A DNA stretch of 64,000 bases from Octopus sinensis (taxonomy: Eukaryota): the NCBI RefSeq assembly GCF_006345805.1, contig NC_043021.1, positions 14,322,001 to 14,386,000 of the forward strand, given 5' to 3'. Below are positions 25,718 to 39,560 of the stretch, piece after piece; position 1 is the stretch's first letter; each line of letters starts with the position of its first letter. The notes beneath the pieces are model-generated. The model made no database searches and was not told where the DNA came from. It saw nothing but the letters and a program-made list of their open reading frames with translations. Both the position numbers and the translations under genes were made by a program.

Positions 25718-26321
25718 CTGGAAAGAGAAAAAACAAAAAACCAATATTAGAAAACAGTTTGAAGAGACAACAAAACAAGACATAAAAATCATATAACAAA
25801 TCGTATTTGATGGCATAGAAAGATGCAACCCAATTTCTGCAGAGCATAGACAGGATAAAAAAGTCTTTTTCGTGCATTAAAGCAATGTGATATTTAAAGC
25901 AACTTCAGATTTAGGACTCTGCATGATATTTTTTGGAGACATTCTTTTGTTTGGAAAAGAAGTGCGTCTTATATACCATCAAATACAGTGTATACATTTC
26001 TATTGTACTACTAACATATCCATACAAAACAGATATTGCGATTAACAAAAGAGAATAAATGATATACACTCATCCACACAGATTTTTATTATGCGTGCGT
26101 GTACGTATGTGTATAAATTCTATAAGATATACAAAAGAGAAAGATTAGTAATCCCTTGACTATCACAAGTGTTACGTTACAACCTCACCCCTGCGATAGG
26201 TGAAAATCTGCGAAATAAAAAAAGTACTGCACTGTACGTTTTTTAAAAATTATTTTTATAATTTGTATGTATATATTGTATTATAAATGCAAGACAACAC
26301 CATGGAGGAACCAACATGAGC

Positions 26322-26545
26322 TTAACCCTTTTGTTACCAACCCGGCTGAAACTGGCTCTGGCTCTGTAGTACAAATGTCATATTTTCATAAGTTTGAATT
26401 AAAATCTTTCATCAAACGTTAATCACAATGTTCCTAACACTAACTTAATGATAACTAAGTTATTTTCCAAAATTCTTAGTTGTATTTAAAATAATTGAGA
26501 GAAAAACAGAGCATCTCAAAATAAATACAGTAACGAAAGGGTTAA
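26322..26545. mobile_element. TTAA-flanked MITE, second family
   Basis: TTAA CCCTTTTGTTAC ... GTAACGAAAGGG TTAA. Confidence 0.8.
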
Positions 26546-27712
26546 ATAATAAACCGCGATATGGCAGGGGATTACTACAGTTGGTAATGCAATTTTGTTA
26601 GGTTTGTTTTTCCAAACATTAACAATTGTTGCTGAAGTAGTCTTTTTTTTTTTTTAGGATTGGATGCTCTTCCTGTTGCCAACCCTCGCCTGTATGTAAG
26701 GTAATATTTCCCTTTGTCCTTCAGTGAATAGCTAAATAGTTGAACATGCTTTTGTGGACGGATTGTAAAATAAATGACACTTTCTTTTTTTAGGATGGCA
26801 ACCGGTTTACAATTAGCGTGTAAATGCCAAGACAAGGGAACAGAGACATATGCAAGCATAGACACACACACACACACACACACACAACAGGCTTCTTCCA
26901 GTAACCATCTACCAAATTTTATTCACAAGACACTGGCAACCTGTGGCCTGCATTGGAAGGCACTGGCCTTCAGTATCCATGCAGTTAAAAAGAACTAAAC
27001 TGTAAGGTTCTGAAGGGACCTTTTTAATCACACAGCCAAGGGGAGAGAGAGAAAGAGAGAGATCCTCCATAACTCAACAAGGACAATTTTTATAGATAAC
27101 TTTCAACACTAGAGGCACTCCACTCATCTGATATTTATATCATGCTTTAGTTATCCTACACAGTACACACAAAGTTTTATCTGGTTTTATATCCATGGAA
27201 TAGATTGGACAGGTGTGCTCATCTGAACAGATCAGGAGAGACCTCATTGCACACTTCATCTTAGCTTTAGTTTCTATGGCTGGTTGCCCTTTCGAACATT
27301 AACCACTTTACTGCATGTACTGGATGTATTTTTCATGGCACCAGGACTAGATAGGTAGCCAGGTCCTTGTCACAACTGAAAGGACCTCATGAACCTCATG
27401 TCTTTGCTAGCTCGTCTGCCTCTTTGTAAACTGAATGGAGGCAAGGATGAACAATGCCTAAGAAACTTGTTTTGCAATTATAGAAGGTCCAAGTTCAACC
27501 CACTGCATGGTACCTTGCATAAGCATCTCGTACTATGACCTCAAGTCTACCCAAGTGAAACTGGCTGGACAAAAACTGGATGAACTGTGCTTGCAATTTG
27601 AAGGGTCGGTTTTGCATCCCCACACCCACAAGCTTCAAGTTTTCATCTACCAAATACTAACCTCAAAATTACATAATTCAGAAATGAACTTAACCAAACA
27701 ATCATGCCTGTG

Positions 27713-27767
<55 letters not shown>

Positions 27768-30507
27768 TACTGCAAATATTCAATGTCAGTTTCATTCATT
27801 TAAGTTCTGAGTATGAATTAGCAATGAAAAACAAATTAAAGATGAAGACCAATTATCAGATTTAAAAGTGGTTATAAAAATATATCACCATCATTGTATT
27901 AGCAGTGAAAATGGCAATGAAAGTGGCACTTGACCTTTCACACCAGCATTGTCAGAAATTGAAGCCCATGTGCTTAAGCAGAAGTATGCCTAAAACATTT
28001 GATGGGCTCAAAAGTAGAGATGTGATGTAGTAACACATCTACAATTACATCTTTGATGGACCATGACAAGATACAAATTAACCAATTCCAATAGCCAATA
28101 TAAGTATTATACTTAATGCATACACAATGTTGATAGGCCTGTTACTGAGGTATATGTTCTGAGATAACATCTGTTATGGATGTGCTGTGTTAAAAATGAA
28201 TATCAGAACAGAATGAAAATTCATCCCAGCAGTGATGAGTGGAAGCATCAGATACTCTTGTCTTTTTGCGCCTTTTCAATGGTGTATACTTGGCGCCAGT
28301 CTGAGACAAATTCTTGTCTCCCTCAAATATTGTTTTAAATGCATGATGTCCATAATAGGGGTTATCCCAGAACAAATGCTGCAATAACTGGTATGTATAC
28401 AGTGTGTGTACATTGAGTATGATACATAGATGGCTACTTTAAATTTCATACTGGCTCAGTTGTGTATACCAATTCCAGACGGGTGTGAGGTTTTTACAGC
28501 AGTGACTTTGTCGCACTGTTTGTAAGTAGTGGTAGCCCAGAGATTGTGGACTTTAGTGCTGACCTCAAAAGACTACAGAGACTCTTGGCAGAAAAGGTGA
28601 AATGTTGTGAAAAGCCAATAACAGCTGCAGAAAAATTATCAGCAGTGAGGAAGGAGTTATGCAAGGGATAAATTGCCTGGTTTGGATGTTCTACTCCATG
28701 AGATTTACAGACACGTTCCAAATTTGTTTGCTCCTCTTTTGACAAATATCTATTACAACTGGTAACAGACTATGGTGGTCAGCCTCACCCAGAAACAGGC
28801 TGAGAGGAAGCTAACCCTGAATGGCCAGCTGAGGTGGCAAGTGCAAACATTGCTGTCATCACTGCTACCTGACATTACTCCAGTTTTATGATAATTAAGC
28901 TGAAGCATCATCAGTTCTTTGGCATCTTGTAGAAGGTTCACATTCAACTAATCAGAAGATGCGGGTGTTGGTGACACTCTGCACAGCGGGTGTTGGTATG
29001 CTGCAGCTGATAATGTGCAGGCATGAGCCGAGTCTGCAAAGACTGATGGACAGTGAGAAAATGTAGCTATCTGTCAGATGCAGTTACCCCACAACTCATC
29101 TCTTTGACAAGGCTACAGACTAGGGTTAGATGAAGACCAATATTGGGCACCTGGCATCAGGAATGTTGTGAGGTGCAATTCTCTAGTTTCATCCCTGTCA
29201 AATTGGTCAATACAAGTATCAGTCATATGTTTTGGTCAGTTCATATCAACCATCTTTGCCTATTACTAACTTGATATTAAATGGTAAACATCAGTCATAG
29301 GACATTTCATTTTCATAGAACTGACTGATCAAATCCTGGGTCATTTATAACACACCTTTTATATATGGTCCCTAGACTTGCTCAAAACAGCCAGTCAAAT
29401 CCAACCATAAATATACAAGGTGGTCACAGGGGCTTTGTTTCATGAGGATAAGGTTTAATTTGGCTAAACAACAATGAGCTTACAAGGTACAGTGTAAGTA
29501 ACTAAAAAGCAACAAAATGGGACCACAACAGATGACATACATACAATGATGAAACCACTCAGCTCAATAATAGGGTGCTCAGTATTGATGGAAATTTATA
29601 TCACCAATTTCTTGGTTGCCTGTTATTTTTCTCAAGAAGGGTGTGTGCTGTGATATTAGGGGGGTTCATTCAACACACTGTAACCCTACTCTTTATAAAT
29701 GGAATTTGTGATAATTAGGTATTCATTTAATTAGCTATAGACCCTCACCTAGTACAAATGGACCATATGACATTTGCAGCAATGCTAGGCCATTGGTGAA
29801 TAGAAATTCTAGGTTCAATTTTCTGGGGATGGATATTTCAAAATGATTACCTCCCTAATTGCTCTTGAGAAAAGCATAACTGCCATTTATTCACTCATTC
29901 TTTACATACCCATGTCACAGCATGGCCACAGTCCAAGGACTGAAATGGGATACTTCTCCAATGACAAAAACTATAGGACTTCATACATTATACAGCATTC
30001 ACATTCATCCCTTGTTTCAGTTGAAATCCTCCAAGATTAATGTTGCCCTTCCCAAGGTTCAAAGATCCCAACTTGACTACAACTCTCCCCTTACAATAAA
30101 AAAAAACCCTAATTTAACAAATATTTTTTCTGCTTATGGTGTAGCAACAACAACTATTGCCAGGATAATAGTCTCTCAGTGATCACTCAACCTGCAACAA
30201 ATAGCAGCCAAATTGCCCTCAAATCACACCCTGCCATCTTATACATTGAACAATGTACAATGTGGTAAGTTCTCTTGGTATAAGAACAAGAAATAGGCTG
30301 GTCATGGCTTGAATGCATTTGAGAACCAATCTACTTGACCAGAACTGGTGACTGGGGAATCTCTGCAGGACAGGAAATAATATACCTAATAAGCTGAGTA
30401 ATGCAATTAAGTTTCAAATCCTAAACAAAAGAAAAATAATTATGACATTACAATCTTATTTCCCATAAAACCAGAAGTGTGTATGTATGTATGTATGTAT
30501 CTATGTG

Positions 30508-30540
<33 letters not shown>

Positions 30541-33500
30541 ATATGTGTGTATGGCCTTGAGCCAAAGTTTAAACATTATCAAGTATCATCCAGGGGAAAG
30601 GTATGTTATAGGATCTCACACTACCTCTCCCACGCTGAATATGTGCTGCCATTCATTAGGAGCGAGAGAATTGAAGTCAAAACATCATTACCACAATAAT
30701 GAATGCCGCTAGATTGCCATGGCAATATAGTACATAAACACTGCTCTAATTAGGACAAAAACGCAGAAGATTATGTCTAATTACTGTTTATTAGTTAAAA
30801 ATAAAATCATTAGTCATTCATTATATATATATATATATATATAAGAGAAAGAGAGAGCCAACATCAGTTTTCAGGTTATTACATTGATTGCTGTGGGTCT
30901 TGTGTGTGTGTGAGGTAGGTGTGTATATTTGTTATTAGTACCATTAATTTAGTTCAAACTAAATTAATGCCACGTTGGTAAGTAAAGTTGCAAACTCACC
31001 GATTGTAAGTGTTATGGTTTTCTTTGGCAGAATTACTAGATCGCCGGACAAAATGCCTAGCAGTATTTGCTCCACTTCCTTACATTCCGAGTTCAAATCC
31101 TACAGGGATCAAACTTTACCTTTCGTCCCTCTTAGGCTGATAAAAGAGTACCAGTCAAATATCGGGGGCCAAGTAATTGATCTTGGTCTTGTGTTTAAAT
31201 TTGAAACTATTATATTTTCATCCTTTTGGGGGTCAATAAAATAAGGCACCAGTCAAATACTGGCAACAATGACACTGACCGACTCACTTCCCAAAATTGC
31301 AGGCCTTGAGCTCAAATTGGAAACTACGTTTTTGGAGCTTCCCTTTGGAGAGACAAAATGTGTGATGTGTGCACGAATGTATATAAAGTGTAGGGGGAAG
31401 TGTGTGTGTGCATGTGTACATTCTATGAGAGTCATTGTTTTAACCCTAGTCAATCAATCCAACAGACCTGTGGTGAAAGGTGTTCTAGTCCAGTTACTCC
31501 ATGATCAGCCAGTCTTTTTTTTATATCTTGTACATCAAAGATTTCATTAACTAATTTTTCCTTTTTTTTCTTTTGTCTTGCAGCATACATGGTGGCCAGA
31601 AATGCTGATAGTATTTAAACTAGCAACCAGTACACCATGGAAAGTGATTGGTATTAGGAAGGGCATCCAGCTGTAGAAACCATGCCAAAAATGACATTGG
31701 AGTTTGGCACAGCTGAGACTTGCTAGATCTTGCCAAATTGTCCAATCCATGCCAACATGGAAAATGGACATTTCTGATAATCTGAAGATTTAGCTTCTCT
31801 CTCTAACAGACTGGGCAATCGCAGAGGATCCCTCAGTTTGAGCAGTGTGAGATGTTGGAAAGAAAGAACAGGAATGACATTAAATGCGTTAAAATAATCC
31901 AATGATTACAGTGGGGCTCTACAAAATTTACGAAACACCATCACAACAAACACCTCAACCACAATACTAAGCTTTTGAAAAACAAGGAGAGCAGGGGTGA
32001 AGTGAGATTTAGAACAAGTATTTATTAGACAGAGGAGTAGTAGTAGCCCTTATTCCCTTATTGAATTTTATGCTCCATATTGTTGGGGGCTAAATGTAGC
32101 TGATCTTTGGTTTGGCTTTCTGCTGGACATGCAGAGGTAGAAAGATTTTCAGCCTTGCAGAAGAAGAATGGTTGGACACAAATGTTTTAACATGGGGTAT
32201 GGAGCTTAAGGAAATAACAGATGCACCCCAATTTCTGCAACACATATTCAGGAAAAGATTTTAATGCATTAAAGCTTATTGGGGTGGGGGTCTAACTTTG
32301 CATATAGGATCCAGGGTGATTTTTTTTTTGAGACTGTGCATTGGAAAATAAAAGTGCATTTTATATGCCATCAAATACAGTCTAAGAAGAGAGTTGGGTG
32401 AAGAGGGAAGAGATGGTAAATAGGTAAATAGATAAGTTCACTCTCATAAGTGAAAGTCATTGTAGTAGTACAAGACGTAGAGAGAATCTGAACAAGACTT
32501 CTTCAAGGAAACAGTTAATCTATGACTAAGCATATAAGTAAAAGTCTTTGTCATCAATCAAATGACCTTTTTGTTTATGTGGCCTAGGATGTATGAGTAT
32601 AGCAACTGGTCCATATATGTATAAAAAAAAGGGGGAGGGGCTTTCTGGCACAAAAAAGTGAATATTATTTTATTCAATGGAATTGACTTTCCCATGTCCG
32701 AGTTCATTTAGCTGTCAGTTGGTCCAACAGGATTGGGTATAAATTCACAATTAGAAGCAATGCAAACTGTAAAATTGTTTCAGCAATTGTTAGCTTGCAG
32801 GGCTTGAGTTAAATACACACACACATGGGTGAAGTTACCTGGGTGGTGTTAACCAAGGGTAGATTTGTCTGGGTCATTTCCCACTTTGAAAAGTAGATAG
32901 AAGCTTTGGCCAAAAGGCTTGGTGGTTTGTGGATTTGATTTGGTAACAGGAATAGTTATTTTGACAGGAGAAACTAACAACAACATTGCCCCCACCATTC
33001 TATACAAGCAATCACAGATCCAGACACACACAAAACAGTCTTTCAGTTTCTGTCTATCAAATCCACTCACAAAGCTTTAGTTGGCCTGGGGCTCATAATA
33101 AAAGACACCTGCCCAAGGTGACATGCAGGGAGACTGAACCTGAAGTCACATAGGGAACCATGCTTGATCACTACCTTATTTTATCAACCTCAGAAGGTTG
33201 CAAGGCAAAGTTCGACAGAGCAGGATTTAAACTAAAAATGTAAAAAGAAGTAACCTATAACCATAAGGTATTCAGTGATGCTCTACTGATTCTCTGTAAT
33301 CTAGGGTGGAAGACAATCTGCCATCCATTAATATCATCATGTGCTCTCAGTGAGTTTTTGCACAGTTGACTCCAGTTGAAAGCAAAGCATTCAGGTCAGC
33401 TCCTTGGACTGAGGATAATCCCTTCCCTCACACCAACCCCACAAGCCCAGTAAATAATTAGGGATACTGCACTTCTCTGCTGAGAGCTTTAAAAAAAAAA

Positions 33501-36500
33501 CCACCCAGCCAACACATATCCTTTTGTTGGGATATTTATATTGAAAATATACCTTTCTCTGGTATATTTGCATTAAGTTTGATACACAGATAGCTACTTT
33601 AAACTAATAGGGCTTCTGTTGCACATAACCCAGAGCAGGGAGGGGTTACATGTAAACACACATTTGAATAGTTAAATGGAATAAGTAACCCTCTCCTCAC
33701 TTCAGTCCCGAAGATTTACATTGTTTAGCAAAAAATAAAATGAAAATAAAGAATGAAAAGTTTGTACAAGGGTAAAGGGGACTGCTACACTGCTGTTCCA
33801 ACTAGATATTGAAACTAGGTCAATACTCTACCTTCAAACAGACAACTGACAACCATGTCTTATATAGCACTTGTTATACAACTCAACTACATAATGGGGG
33901 TGGGGGGAATGGTGACAGTTTCAGAGAGAGATGGGGGGAGGTGACGGCTGACTCTAATCCTCTTTCCTCCTGTTCGGGTTGTAATTGTTGAAGAGTCTGA
34001 GTAGAGTGGCAGAGGAAAGACAGAGCAATAGCCCTGATATATAACAATTAGTAGGCACCAATTAGACAAGGGATTCTGTCTGAACCACTTTTTGCCTATG
34101 GATTTCTGCGATTTCTATTTGATGCTACTGTACTTTCATAAAAATTCCTATTATATTTTTATAATTGAATATAATTAGGAACTGCATTAAAAAAAAAATT
34201 AAAATATTTCGTGTCCTGTAGAACCAATTTATTGCGTATGATTAAAAAAAAAATTTACATGGACCCTACCCCGCAAGGGCCATATGGATTTCTAGTTGAG
34301 AATCACTCAATTGTTGCTGATGTGTTTTTGTTTTGTTTAATTTTTGTTTCCAAATCTCTGTATTACAAATAATTTCAACCCAGCCCCTTCGCGAAACTTC
34401 ACCTAAGGGAAACAAAGAGAAAAAAAATTATTTCAAGGTACTGCCTCTAAGAGAGGTTTGAGGAATGGGAATACTAGGCCTTCTGTTGGTATATCTATTT
34501 TGTCGATCTCAAAGATGAACAGCAAAGTCGATCTTCATCTTCAGAACGCATTACGTAAAAAGGAAAGTAAATAAAGCAGAGCTTTTCGCCTGGCACGCTG
34601 CCATCGATTCTGCGATTGAGTCTGCTGATAAATAATCGGAATTTCAAAATAATTTCAAACATGTACCGAAACTCACAAGGTTAAAAAATTTACGAGAGTC
34701 GACTAACAAGACAGAAAAAAAACAAAAGCTTGAACGACACTCGACTTTATTGACCTTAGAATGTACAACAGGGTCTTTCAGCTTTACAGGGTTGACAAAA
34801 TAGGGTATTGATTCTAAAAAAGGCAATGTTGGTCCTCAGCAAGATTCCATAAAATCGAGTCTGTTAAATAGCGTAAATACCGCCACATCACTCTTTTAAT
34901 AATCGATTTTTAACATCATAAGCACAAGGCCTCGAATATTGGGGAAGCATAAATCAAATGATATCATTTACAGTATTTAGCCGATATTTTATCGACCTTT
35001 GTGGTTTTTTAAATAACTTAAAAGCATTTTAATCCAATGCTCTACCGCCTCTGCTACAGGAATCAAAGAGGAACGAATTTATTTTCTAACATTCTTCCCT
35101 TTTAAAATGTTTCCCTAAATTTTATAGACTGTAAGGGCGGTGTGGAGGGTTAAATGAACAACAATTGAACTGTCGCAATTTAAAAGACCAGGACCAAAAC
35201 GATGTAACTGAATGGAAATTCACTGGTATATTTTGTGACCAATTCAATGGAAAGTAGAGATTGATTACTAATAAGGTTGTTATTACGTAAGCGAACTTTA
35301 GGTGTGGTATTTTTTTTTTTTTTTCCTTAGGAGTGTTACACACACAGTTCCTGTTGTACCCAAGTTAACCTCACTGACAGAAATCCAAAGGAATTACACC
35401 CGTGAAACGTCATGACTTTCCATTTTACTTCCGGGCCGTAGTGTGTGATTTGAGGGAGATTTGGGTACTATTTCTAGATGGTTGCGCGTCTACCACACGC
35501 CTTCGCGGCGGAGATAGTACTGTAAACAAACGAACAGAAAGTCTAGTGTCACACGCTAGTAGTACTAAATAAGGCATGCGTTTTATCTAGGGCAGTGGCG
35601 CTCGAAACCACATTTTCATTTCTAAGTCATATGATTCACAACAGCATTCTAAAGTATAATCGGTTATATGGGACCCTACACACACATTATATATATATAT
35701 ATATATATATATAATGACGTGTGTGGGTAATCCTCAAATTATTTGTGCCTTCGGACAATTTATTTCCGTTTTGTCCTAGTGTTCCTTCTACACGTGGCAG
35801 CAGTATAGCCGTTAAATTTTAAATATATTTAAAAATGAAGAAACCCGAACACAACTGACATCACAATATTTAGATTCTAATCACGCTGTTGCTGTTTAGC
35901 CCCAGGACAGCTCTGACCCAACTGAGCCACGATCAAAGACGATCCAACCGTGACCGTAGACTAAATTTAAGACCACATTATCCAATGTATTACATTTTTT
36001 TTTAAAATGAGAATGTGAATAAGTTTTGTTATACGTTGGCTAGGGATAATACCTTAATCGCATATCTATCTATCTATATCATATCCCTTCAAGCGAAAGG
36101 GTTCGAGAATTAGAACAATTATCTACGTTAATTGTTCGATAATCACGGCTACTATATAACCCATCATCACTATCTTCATAGCCATTACATCTCTCTCTAC
36201 AAGTATCGCCCTGGTAGCTTCATGCTGACGGAGACGGAGTGGCGATGAATTATCATCCCCTTTCGAAGAAGATAACATAAGAAGCGATGTTTGTTTATGA
36301 AGCAGTCGAGATATCGTAGAATGTACGGACGGAATAGACAAGGGTAGAATAGAGGGAAAGAGGTTAGTGGTTACAGGGTGATAGATAGTGAAGTCTCCAT
36401 TGAATGCACTCGAAATAGGTCACACTTAAGAGACCAAGAATTAATATAAGCTTAACGTAGATTCGGAGGTGTGGCATAATCCCTTTTTTCCTTTGTATTG

Positions 36501-36922
36501 TACATATAACGAGTTAGCAGAGGGGATCTGTTATAAGGTTTCTTCTCGACTTAGTAAAGGCAGCTAAACCTTCAAATTACACCTTGAACAATGGTAGTTC
36601 TGAGATGTGTGTGTGTGTGAAGTATAAAACAAAAACACGGTACGGTGATGATCGATCAGGACTGAAAGAGAATCTATAAAACCAGACATGCGTGTTAATG
36701 TATGAATTTAGCTGTAAGCTCTTAGGAGACGATCAGAGTCTAGTTTACAATCACATGTTCGATAACCGATCGAGGACGTTATCGATTGCAAGAGAAAAGT
36801 GTAAATGAAATACGCCAGCTGATTTACACCCTTTACAAAGTACTTAAAAAAACAAAAGGTCCCGATTCAATAATACATTAAGGGTTTGCATGAAATGCTT
36901 ATATACACAATTACACACACAC

Positions 36923-36975
<53 letters not shown>

Positions 36976-38869
36976 GTGCACACACGTATATACTCACAAT
37001 TATGACAGACCTTTGAGACAAAAATGAAATTTATAACAGAGCCAGACTTTTGCTAAACACTTCGTTGGATGAGTAACGATAACGTAATACAAATGGAAAT
37101 ATATGCACGTTGATCCCTCGCTTTATAAGTTGAACCATAACCATATGTTTTATATAACGAAGGCTGATTGATTTATCTAGGACATTTTTTTAAAAAATGC
37201 GCCTTAACAAAACCGTCAAATCCGGAATTTACATAAGTGTGTGTAAATGTAGGACAATGTAGGTATTGAACTACTAATATAGATTATAAATTCAAAATCT
37301 GCTAGCCATCTCGGATCTTCTATCATATCATCACCAGAGATAAACTGGTGTCCCAGCTAGTGAAGGAGGTGAGGAGAGAAGGCTATATATGACATTCAAG
37401 CCGGTTATCTGTATGTGTATTTTTATGAACACACTTTAAATAAATCCTCGCCTCAAATACTGTTTCGTCCCGAGTTCGAAGGTGATCGAGTCAAAATCAT
37501 CCAGTCGTTGTGCATTGTCATTCAGGACATTATTCGACCTGTCCTCTGAACTGAGATTGAATAGCCACGTAAGGCTTCCTCGGCTCCAAGTCGGCCCTGA
37601 TCAAAGACATTCTCACCGAGTGATTCCATCTCTCTCCTCAATAATAATAATAATAATAATAGGGCAGGTGAATATAAGGTGTGTTTGATTGCTATGTATG
37701 TGTATGAGATAGCTGGCCGGTACAGCCGAGCCCATAGCAAATTTGCATCGTGAAAAGAAATTGAGTAAGAAGACCCAAAAGCCTGACTTAATTATTCAGG
37801 TGATCACGTTGATCACCTGAATAATTAACCAAAATAAGAGTCTTAAACAGGCTCGTGGGAAAATGGGAACGGAGAGGAGGAGGTAGGAACAGAGGGTAAG
37901 AAATAGAAAGGGTAGTGGCTAATTGAGGGAGGAGGGAAGGAGAAAGAAAGAATAAGAGATATGACTGGTGGGGAGGGGGAACCAGAGGTTGAAGGGAGAA
38001 AGGGAGGTTATGGACGACGGAAGTGCGGACTTGTTTTAATGTGGGAAACCTAAATGCCGTCATATATAAACTTCCACTGTTGTGTGTGTGTGTGTACGGA
38101 CACATGAGCGCGCGTATGTGTATGATATGACTTAATGCTTATGTGTGTGGATGCATGTCTAAACACGCTTGTATATGCACGCAAGCAAACATTCTTTTGG
38201 ACATCTAGACAATGTGTGTGTGTGTGTGTGGGCCTGTACTTATGCTACCTAAGAATATGAGAAGTATGGTCATATATATATATATATATAAATAATCATT
38301 TCAAACGAGCAACAAGGCGAGATCTATCTGTCTCACTCCTCACTATAATATCATATATAAAATCTACACACACACACAAAAGTATCAAGTTCCTCCTCAG
38401 AAAGAGAGAAAGAAAAGAAAAAAAAATGTAGGTGAAAAGAATTGTTCCCCAAGTGCGTAACCACTCCCCCATTATATATATATATATACAACTGAACCTT
38501 TTAAGGGCATTGCATCATAAACAGCCTGTGCTTCTTAAAACAACAAGACTAGAAGGAGATAGATTAATGTACAGTAAAAACAAATAGAATCCGTCAAGAG
38601 GAGATTGATGAAAGCGTAGAATAAAGGGCATAAATTATATGTAAGCGACACAATGGACTATACACACGCACGCACATACACACAAACCATAGAGTGCTGA
38701 AAGGAAATCTTCATTGGCAGGTAAAGTTTATTTATATACACGAAAATGAGCCAGACAGCTAGACTGACGGCAGCAACAATTATGAAACACCAGCCGCAGA
38801 TGTCAGATGCGGATAGCTAGGCAAGCAGAGAGGTCGTTATTTACCCTCCAAGTTACGGGCAGCTTAGTA

Positions 38870-39095
38870 TATATATTTCTTTACTGCCCACAAGGGGCTA
38901 AACATAGAGGGGACAAACAAGGATAGACGAAGGGATTGAGTCGATTATATCGCCCCCCAGTGCGAAACTGGTACTTTATCGACCCCGAAAGGATGAAAGG
39001 CAAAGTTGACCTCGGCGGAATTTGAACTTAGAACGTAACGACAGACGAAATACCGCTAAGCATTTCGCCCGGCGCGCTAACGTGTCTGCCAGCTT
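38870..39095 (-). mobile_element. SINE family B, low-divergence CpG-retaining copy
   Basis: atcgaccccgaaaggatgaaaggcaaagttgacctcggcggaatttgaact ... catttcgcccggcgcgctaacg. Confidence 0.85.
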
Positions 39096-39339
39096 AGTAT
39101 ATAACATACAGTGTTTATTGAAGATCAAACTGTGTATGAAGGACTAAAGTTTCCTAAGGCTCGTTCGTTCAGTTTTCCGTCCACAAAATTCATTCGGAAA
39201 GCTTTGATCGGTTTGGGGTTATAGGTGCTGCGTAGTGGGGACTGAACTACAAACGGCGCGTTTGCATAGCGAGTTTTCCAACCATACAGTCATGCCCGCA
39301 TTATATATAAAAAAAAAATCTCTTTCTCACAAACACACA

Positions 39340-39560
39340 TAAGGGGGTTGCTGAAAAGTTCCTGACTTTAAGAGTGTCGCGAAAGGCCAAGTTGGAGGAG
39401 GCCCAACCTTCCGCGATCTTTTACAGGACTTAGAAAAACTGAAGGACTTCTGCAATAAATTTGTGAATCTAAGAAGGGGAATATGTTGAATAAAATCATA
39501 ACTGGTCCTCCTGTATTTTCTTATAACCCAAAGCCAGCATATTTTCAGCACCCCTTGGTA
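39340..39560 (+). mobile_element. Mariner-type MITE (~220 bp)
   Basis: Imperfect TIRs aagggggttgctgaaaagttcctgactt and aaagccagcatattttcagcacccctt, with TA at the flanks. The interior ends in gaatatgttgaataa (EYVE*), typical of mariner transposase C-termini. Confidence 0.65.

Noticed and set aside
35420-35440. Minus-strand TAC GGC CCG GAA gtaaaa (YGPE), resembling the end of exon 1
   Set aside because: The upstream sequence is a repeat tail with no SERCA similarity, the phase is wrong, and it is better explained as an ETS motif.
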